From Basidiobolus meristosporus CBS 931.73 (taxonomy: Eukaryota > Fungi > Basidiobolomycota), in assembly GCA_002104905.1 (NCBI GenBank), contig MCFE01000182.1, forward strand, positions 62,001 through 126,000: 64,000 nt of DNA, given 5' to 3'. The notes beneath the pieces were generated by a model. It was not told the DNA's origin, did not search any database, and worked only from the letters and a program-made list of their open reading frames with translations. A program made the position numbers and the translations under genes. Of the stretch, positions 61,867-64,000 are shown piece after piece (the first letter of the stretch is position 1; each line of letters opens with the position of its first letter).

Positions 61867-63873
61867 CTAATATTTATATGCGGAGCCACTGTGATCGCCA
61901 CCCTTACCACTTCCTTTGCCTCCATAGTCGCCTCCCTCACCACCTCCCTTGCCCCCATAGTCGCCACCCTCACCGCCTCCCTTGCCTCCATAGTCACCAC
62001 CTTCGCCGCCTCCTTTACCACCAGCGTAGTCCTTTACATCGTAGCTACCACCAGACCCACCGCCACCGTACTTGGCGCCTTCACCACCACCCTTGCCTCC
62101 ATAGTCGCCACCTTCACCACCTCCACCATACTTGCCACCCTCACCGCCTCCATTGCCACCGTGGTCGCCACCTTCACCACCTCCCTTGCCACCGTAGTCG
62201 CCACCAGATCCACCACCACCATACTTGCCACCCTCACCGCCTCCCTTACCACCGTAGTCGCCACCAGATCCACCACCACCATATTTACCACCTTCGCCGC
62301 CTCCTTTACCACCTGCGTAATCCTTTACATCATAGCTACCACCAGACCCACCACCACCGTACTTTCCGCCCTCACCGCCTCCCTTGCCACCGTAGTCGCC
62401 ACCTTCGCCACCTTCGCCACCACCCTTGCCTCCATAGTTGCCGCCTTCACCGCCGCCACCATACTTGCCACCCTCACCGCCTCCCTTGCCTCCATAGTCG
62501 CCACCTTCACCACCACCCTTGCCTCCATAGTTGCCGCCTTCACCGCCGCCACCATACTTGCCACCCTCACCGCCTCCCTTGCCGCCATGGTCACCACCAT
62601 AGTTGCCGCCTTCGCCACCTCCCTTGCCTCCACCAGATCCACCACCACCATATTTACCACCTTCGCCGCCTCCTTTACCACCTGCGTAATCCTTTACATC
62701 ATAGCTACCACCAGACCCACCACCACCGTACTTTCCGCCCTCACCGCCTCCCTTGCCGCCGTGGCCACCACCATAGTTACCACCTTCGCCGCCTCCCTTG
62801 CCACCGTAGTCGCCACCTTCGCCACCACTCTTGCCTCCATAGTTGCCGCCTTCACCGCCGCCACCATACTTGCCACCCTCACCGCCACCCTTGCCGCCGT
62901 GGCCACCACCATAGTTGCCACCTTCGCCGCCACCCTTGCCTCCACCAGATCCACCTCCACCATATTTACCACCTTCGCCACCGGATCCGCCGCCACCATA
63001 TTTACCACCCTCGCCACCACCATTACCCCCAGAGTAATCCTTTGAATCATAGCCACCGCCAGATCCGCCTCCTCCTTTGCCTCCGTAGTCGCCACCCTCA
63101 CCGCCACCACCATGCTTGCCGCCTTCTCCACCTCCCTTGCCTCCATAGTCGCCACCAGATCCACTTCCACCATATTTGCCACCTTCGCCGCCGCCTTTAC
63201 CGCCGTAATCGCCACCGGATCCGCCACCACCATGTTTACCACCCTCGCCACCACCATTTCCCGCAGAGTAATTCTTTGAATCATAGCTACTGCCAGATCC
63301 ACCTCCTCCCTTGCCTCCATAGTCGCCACCAGATCCATCGCCGCCGTATTTGCTGCCTTCGCCACCACCACCATACTTGCCACCCTCACCACCTCCGCTG
63401 CCTCCATAGTCACCACCTGCACCGCCACCACCATATTTCCCGCCTTCGCCACCACCCTTGCCACCTGCGTAATCCTTTACATCATATCCCCCACCAGATC
63501 CACCACCGCCGTGTTTTCCGCCCTCACCACCTCCCTTGCCTCCATAGTCACCAGCTTCGCCGCCACCCTTACCGCCGTAGTCGCCACCAGATCCACCGCC
63601 GCCATACTTGCCACCTTCACCACCACCCTTGCCACCTTCACCACCACCGCCATATTTGCCGCCTTCGCCACCACCACCATACTTGCCACCTTCACCACCA
63701 CCATTGCCTCCATGGTTGCCGCTTTCACCACCACCTGCATTGCCGCCATAAGAGACTGATTTCCCCTCACCACCCGAATAATCCTTTACATCATATCCTC
63801 GCTCCAAAACAGTTGCATTAGCCATAGCCAACGCAGAGATAGCGAAGAGGATATTAGCGGAGGAGAATTTCAT
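61867..63873 (-). CDS. Secreted Gly-rich repetitive protein, 668 aa
   Basis: Signal peptide MKFSSANILFAISALAMANA, then GGDYGGKGGGEGGKYGGGG-type repeats punctuated by seven YD(V/S)K(D/N)Y motifs. The track ORF starts 35 codons earlier at 63978. Confidence 0.9.
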   Translation of the reverse strand: MKFSSANILFAISALAMANATVLERGYDVKDYSGGEGKSVSYGGNAGGGESGNHGGNGGGEGGKYGGGGEGGKYGGGGEGGKGGGEGGKYGGGGSGGDYGGKGGGEAGDYGGKGGGEGGKHGGGGSGGGYDVKDYAGGKGGGEGGKYGGGGAGGDYGGSGGGEGGKYGGGGEGSKYGGDGSGGDYGGKGGGGSGSSYDSKNYSAGNGGGEGGKHGGGGSGGDYGGKGGGEGGKYGGSGSGGDYGGKGGGEGGKHGGGGEGGDYGGKGGGGSGGGYDSKDYSGGNGGGEGGKYGGGGSGGEGGKYGGGGSGGGKGGGEGGNYGGGHGGKGGGEGGKYGGGGEGGNYGGKSGGEGGDYGGKGGGEGGNYGGGHGGKGGGEGGKYGGGGSGGSYDVKDYAGGKGGGEGGKYGGGGSGGGKGGGEGGNYGGDHGGKGGGEGGKYGGGGEGGNYGGKGGGEGGDYGGKGGGEGGKYGGGGEGGNYGGKGGGEGGEGGDYGGKGGGEGGKYGGGGSGGSYDVKDYAGGKGGGEGGKYGGGGSGGDYGGKGGGEGGKYGGGGSGGDYGGKGGGEGGDHGGNGGGEGGKYGGGGEGGDYGGKGGGEGAKYGGGGSGGSYDVKDYAGGKGGGEGGDYGGKGGGEGGDYGGKGGGEGGDYGGKGSGKGGDHSGSAYKY

Positions 63874-64000
63874 ATTGATACTTGAGTCCGATAGATGAGA
63901 CGATTTTTTTCTGATCCAACCGACTCCATTCCGGAGGGATTTATAGGTTCTTGGAAGGTCTGAGAAGGAGTCGATCAAGGGGTCAGAGGGTTGTTAGATT

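Noticed and set aside
62034-63773. Val/Ala/Met-rich minus-strand ORFs
   Set aside because: Alternative frames of the Gly-rich repeat.
61845-63821. 658-aa His/Arg/Cys-rich ORF and 384-aa Thr/Ala-rich ORF (61891-63045) on the plus strand
   Set aside because: They are antisense shadows of GGN repeats, which lack stops. Only the minus-strand Gly-rich frame has a signal peptide.
1-64000. tRNA and rRNA genes
   Set aside because: None recognised by eye; tRNAscan-SE and Infernal were not run.

Overview
Fungal genomic DNA with short GT-AG introns and CTAAC branch points. It looks like an early-diverging fungus (Zoopagomycota/Mucoromycota-like); Basidiobolus is plausible but is only an inference. The window has three parts. 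(1) 1-~33230 is an AT-rich, almost CpG-free nest of transposons: two Ty1/copia families, one apparently intact young Ty3/gypsy element with identical LTRs plus a decayed copy of it, several large solo LTRs nested inside other elements, three CACTA transposase remnants and one PIF/Harbinger transposase remnant. (2) ~33230-51000 is a CpG-rich, gene-dense stretch: a KDM5-family protein that has lost a metal-binding His, a conserved fungal protein of unknown function, CBF1, a putative GPI-anchored protein, an alpha-arrestin, COQ3, RPB4, a Derlin-like membrane protein and GPI16. (3) ~51400-63900 is a cluster of mostly intronless secreted-protein genes: two small acidic secreted proteins, a tandem array of four secreted 3D-domain (MltA-like) genes and a 668-aa Gly/Tyr/Lys-rich repetitive protein, plus a small spliced ZNF706-like gene. 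The 3D-domain array is the strongest candidate for an undescribed system, possibly a bacterial-type peptidoglycan-acting secreted enzyme family expanded in a fungus. All coordinates and counts were read by hand.
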